DNA from: Verrucomicrobiales bacterium | GTDB taxonomy: Bacteria; Verrucomicrobiota; Verrucomicrobiia; Verrucomicrobiales; V1-33 | Direction of reading: 5' to 3' | Length of the DNA: 64,000 nt | Assembly: GCA_050998515.1 (NCBI GenBank) | Contig: JBPCQC010000008.1 | Coordinates: 7,601-71,600 of the forward strand | In this document: positions 60,499 to 64,000 of the stretch, piece after piece | Position numbering within the stretch: the stretch's first letter is position 1 | Layout of the letters: every line of letters begins with the position of its first letter | The notes under the pieces: generated by a model | What the model saw: the letters and a program-made list of their open reading frames with translations, nothing else | Databases searched by the model: none | Told to the model about the DNA's origin: nothing | Position numbers and translations under genes: made by a program

Positions 60499-61011
60499 CG
60501 TTTGCAATTCGCGCTGGAAGGCAGGCATGTCAGCCGGGGGTGGTTTGTAGGCGCGATCCACTCCACCCAGACCCAGGCGTCCCAACTGATCGAGATACCA
60601 GGTTGCTGTCTGGCCGTCGGAAAATGTCACCTTTCCGCTGACCAGAGCGCCGGGCACGGCGAGTTCATCGAGCACTACTTTGGCTGAACCGGCGCCAGCG
60701 GGCGCACCCAATGATGACGGCGGCTCCGCCGTCGGGGAAAACGAGCCGTCAGTTGTCTCTGCCGCCCACTCTTCAGATTTTTCCTCACCGATCAGCGTCC
60801 CGGCCTCTTTGTCGCCTGCCTGCCCGGCGTCGGCGGACGACGGCTGTAACTCGAGGCCGAGGTCGGAAATTAGAAATCGGGTTTCCATGAAGGTGAGTGT
60901 GATACCCAGATCATCCTTCAATCGATCCTGAATCTGGTTGAGGTGTGCGCCCTCGGCCACCCATTGGGCGACCTGCGCTTTTTGTTCGTCTGTCAGCTTT
61001 GGCGATGCCAT
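60475..61011 (-). CDS. Conserved hypothetical protein
   Basis: Globular N- and C-domains (WVAEGA..IQ; PGALVSGKVTFSDG..WYLDQLGRLG) with an acidic linker. Confidence 0.75.
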   Translation of the reverse strand: MASPKLTDEQKAQVAQWVAEGAHLNQIQDRLKDDLGITLTFMETRFLISDLGLELQPSSADAGQAGDKEAGTLIGEEKSEEWAAETTDGSFSPTAEPPSSLGAPAGAGSAKVVLDELAVPGALVSGKVTFSDGQTATWYLDQLGRLGLGGVDRAYKPPPADMPAFQRELQTLLQRAGY

Positions 61012-61147
61012 GGGTCCATTGATACGCCAGCAGCGGTCAGGCGCAACGCCGGCTCACGATGGCGGCGAGTGGCGCGAGATCCCAGCGCTCCCAGCTCGCG
61101 ATTCACTGGATGGCAAGCTCGAAGCATCGCCCCACGAAATCGCAGGT

Positions 61148-62476
61148 TTAAATTGCGGACTGCTCGCGCTGCCCGCGCACCCAGGCGAGGGCTTCGTCCT
61201 TTGTGCGCAGGGTGCCCTCAAGCTGGCGTGACTCGATTTCCTTGAGCAACCCTCCGAGTTGAGGTCCGGGCGGGATACCCACTTCCATTAGATCGTGACC
61301 CGTCACCAGCCGCGGCGGTATCAACGGCTCGCGCGCGAATTCTTCGAGTTTGGCTTCGAGAAATTCATAGTTGTCGAGTTGGCCATGGCTGCCCAGACAG
61401 TCCACCCGGTGCAACTCGAGCTCATGGGCAAATGTGTCGCGCGCCATAAAGCGCCGGAGTTTCGACGTTCGCATCTGCTGCACGTTCATAAACGCCATGT
61501 GCTGCCCGACCATTTCGACCACCGCGTCTGTTATTAAGTTTGGAAAGCGAAGACGCCGCAGAATGGCCTCGGTCATCCGAGCGCCAACTTTGTCGTGCTC
61601 ATTAAAGCGGAAACGTTGAGCCAGCGGGTCCCAACAACGGGTGGCCGGTTTGCCGATGTCGTGGAGCAGGGCTGCCAGCACCAGCGCAATCGGAGCTTCG
61701 GGGGGCAGCTTCGATAGCATGAGCCGGGTATGCACGAAAACGTCCCCTTCGGGATGAAATTGGGGCGGCTGTTCGCACCCCTTGAGGGCGATGATTTCCG
61801 GAAGGATGTGCTCCATTAATCCGCTTTCACAGAGAAGATCAAAGCCGGAGACGCGGCGCGGGTGTTCCAGCGTCTTCACCAACTCCTGGCGGACACGTTC
61901 CTCCGCGATGTGCCGGATGCTCGGTGCCGCCTCACTGAGAGCCGCCCAAGTGGCGCCCTCGATCGTAAAATCGAGCACCGCGGCAAACCTCACCGCGCGC
62001 ATAAGGCGCAAATGGTCCTCGGAAAACCGCGCCTTCGCATCGCCAATCGCGCGCAGCACGCGGCCTTCCAGATCCCGCTGCCCGCCCACGTAGTCGATCA
62101 CACGGTCTTCAATCGGATCGTAGAACAGTCCGTTGATGGTGAAATCGCGCCGTTGCGCATCCCGCTGCGCATCGGAAAAGCGGACGTCTTCAGGCCGGCG
62201 GCCGTCGAGATACAGGCCGTCTTCGCGAAAGGTTGCCACTTCGAAGGCCCCGCTTCCTGATTTGACGATCATGACGCCGAAATGCGCACCGACCGATAGC
62301 GAATGCGGAAAAATCCGCTCAACTTCTGACGGCCGGGCGCTGGTGGCGATGTCGTAGTCATGCGGCGAAACACCGCGCAAGAGGTCACGCACGCAGCCGC
62401 CAGCGAAAACCGCTTCGTGGCCGCCTTCACGCAGACGGCGCACAATCTTTTCGGCTTCCGCCCGAAGTTCGTTCAT
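61148..62476 (-). CDS. cca: CCA tRNA nucleotidyltransferase with HD domain
   Basis: GGCVRD, DYDIAT, EVATFR, RRDFTIN, EDHLRLMRA, HPEGDV, HDIGK. Confidence 0.88.
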   Translation of the reverse strand: MNELRAEAEKIVRRLREGGHEAVFAGGCVRDLLRGVSPHDYDIATSARPSEVERIFPHSLSVGAHFGVMIVKSGSGAFEVATFREDGLYLDGRRPEDVRFSDAQRDAQRRDFTINGLFYDPIEDRVIDYVGGQRDLEGRVLRAIGDAKARFSEDHLRLMRAVRFAAVLDFTIEGATWAALSEAAPSIRHIAEERVRQELVKTLEHPRRVSGFDLLCESGLMEHILPEIIALKGCEQPPQFHPEGDVFVHTRLMLSKLPPEAPIALVLAALLHDIGKPATRCWDPLAQRFRFNEHDKVGARMTEAILRRLRFPNLITDAVVEMVGQHMAFMNVQQMRTSKLRRFMARDTFAHELELHRVDCLGSHGQLDNYEFLEAKLEEFAREPLIPPRLVTGHDLMEVGIPPGPQLGGLLKEIESRQLEGTLRTKDEALAWVRGQREQSAI

Positions 62477-62517
62477 CGCAACACTTTGGCCGCGAGCTTG
62501 CCCCTCGTCGAGGGCAT

Positions 62518-63249
62518 CTACGGCAGACTCAAACCCAGCGAGTATCCCGCGATCGGTTCCCCGGGCATTTGCTCGCCGAGCAATGCATCATTGAAGTGCC
62601 ACCACTCGGTATCAAGAAACGAAAAGCCGGCCGCTTTCATCGCGCGTTGCAAGAGCCGCAAACGATCGCCGATTTTCGAATGGGTTCCGGAGTAAACGAA
62701 ATAAGCCTTGTTCGAAAAATCGTCGAACTTCGAGGGCATCGGGAGCTCGCGGCCTTCCAGGTCGACCAGTGTGACGTCGACGGCGCGGCCATAACAATGC
62801 TTTGACCATCCCGAGCGGGGGTCAGACACAAAGAGACCAGTCGGATGGGCCCGCCACAAATGCAGGTGGGCCTCGGGCGGCCGATACGCATCCCAAATCC
62901 GAAGGCCACAGCCGTGGCCGCGCAAAAATGCCTGCGCCGTTTTTAACTTTCGCGCCGTCTGCCGGTTCAGCAAACAAGGCATTTCAGGCGGATAGATCGC
63001 CCGCCTGAGGATGTTGTTTTTGGTGGCGTAGTGAAGGTCCACGAGGATGGTCGGATCCACATCCACAATACTGACCAAGCCAAATGCCGCAGCCTTTTCC
63101 TTGATTCCAGTGACGTCAAGACGCTCCGCGCGCCTGACTTGACGGGGGTGAGAACAACCTGAGAAAAAGCCGATGAGCGCAGTGCTGAGAACAATGCGGA
63201 GAAACCGCGGGTGGAGGCGAATGAACACAAACAGTGGGCTCTTATGCAC
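62518..63249 (-). CDS. ddpX: D-Ala-D-Ala dipeptidase (peptidase M15D, DdpX/VanX-like), probable lipoprotein
   Basis: WDAYRP, SKHCYGRAVD, EWWHF; lipobox FSGC. Confidence 0.82.
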   Translation of the reverse strand: MHKSPLFVFIRLHPRFLRIVLSTALIGFFSGCSHPRQVRRAERLDVTGIKEKAAAFGLVSIVDVDPTILVDLHYATKNNILRRAIYPPEMPCLLNRQTARKLKTAQAFLRGHGCGLRIWDAYRPPEAHLHLWRAHPTGLFVSDPRSGWSKHCYGRAVDVTLVDLEGRELPMPSKFDDFSNKAYFVYSGTHSKIGDRLRLLQRAMKAAGFSFLDTEWWHFNDALLGEQMPGEPIAGYSLGLSLP

Positions 63250-63403
63250 GCTCCGGGTTTATGCCCGAAAATTCGCGATTCAAGACCCAAACAGCTCTCG
63301 ATGGTTGGAAGGACGGGCGTAGATACTGGATGCCGGCCCCCGCTGGCAGAGAGTTTTCCCTTTCAAAACAATCCGCATAAGCTTTCGTTTCAGATAAATT
63401 AGA

Positions 63404-64000
63404 ATGTCTCACGGTTTTTGGCAAAGCAATCCGACGCTGCAACTGACCCTGGCGGCATTCTCATTCATTCTGGGCGCCTGCATTGGCTCTTTTTTGAATG
63501 TGGTCATTTATCGCCTGCCACGTTCGATTTCGGTGGCCAACCCCAAGCGCTCGTTCTGCCCGGCCTGTCAGGCTGCGATTCCCTGGTATCACAATCTTCC
63601 GCTGCTCAGTTGGGTGGTGCTGCGCGGAAAATGTGCAAAATGCCGGTCACCCATTTCACCTCGCTATCTTTTGGTCGAACTGGTCACGGCCACACTCTTT
63701 TTGCTGACCTATTTGTGGTTCCGCCATGAACCATGGCGCGTGATGCCACTCTGGATTTTTCTCAGCTTCTGTGTCGCCGCCACGTACATTGACTTTGATC
63801 ACATGATCATCCCCGATCAGATCACTTACGGGGGCACCGCCGCCGGCATCCTGTGCAGCGTTGTTTTTCCGTGGATGATCGAGCGTGGTGAGTCGCGCTG
63901 GATTAATCTCGCCCATTCCGTGGGCGGCGCCGTCGCCGGCTTCGCTCTGGTCTGGCTCGTCGTGCAGTTCGGCAAATTTGCCTTTGGACGCCTGAGGTAT
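63404..64000 (+). CDS. pilD: Prepilin peptidase (A24), runs off the window end
   Basis: GACIGSFLNVVIYRLP, RSFCPAC, NLPLLSW..LRGKCAKC, ID..HMIIPD; absent from the ORF track because it has no stop in the window. Confidence 0.92.
   Translation, partial: MSHGFWQSNPTLQLTLAAFSFILGACIGSFLNVVIYRLPRSISVANPKRSFCPACQAAIPWYHNLPLLSWVVLRGKCAKCRSPISPRYLLVELVTATLFLLTYLWFRHEPWRVMPLWIFLSFCVAATYIDFDHMIIPDQITYGGTAAGILCSVVFPWMIERGESRWINLAHSVGGAVAGFALVWLVVQFGKFAFGRLRY

Noticed and set aside
62518-63249. Vancomycin resistance gene vanX
   Set aside because: No vanH/vanA/vanRS; a lone lipoprotein-type M15 dipeptidase fits cell-wall recycling.

Overview
GC-rich bacterial chromosome segment, most likely Verrucomicrobiota (PVC group). 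This is an inference from the PSD1/planctomycete cytochrome-c protein, the prepilin-type proteins and the GTAG/GTGG-type palindromic repeats. Most of it is housekeeping: glnA with a sigma54 promoter, guanine deaminase, purA, pgsA, moaE, gnd, recJ, trxA, tRNA-His, rnc, mnmG, topB, yicC-gmk, trpC, CCA-adding enzyme, D-Ala-D-Ala dipeptidase and the 5' part of pilD. Two parS palindromes and AT-rich spacers around mnmG suggest the window is origin-proximal and may contain oriC. Accessory content includes a patatin/CoA-ligase/thiolase/FadJ/acyl-CoA dehydrogenase operon, glycoside hydrolases, a MITE-like element and several REP-like palindrome families. The most unusual stretch is 35.3-38.5 kb. It holds a decayed nanA-like gene, a parDE-like pair with a truncated toxin, and an rtcB RNA-ligase locus. 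In that locus an apparent RtcB N-terminal stub is separated from the ligase body by a four-helix-bundle gene bracketed by mutually inverted heptamer arrays. The ligase also carries an in-frame copy of the REP element that forms the tandem array at 20.4 kb. All family assignments come from motif recognition by eye; no searches were run.
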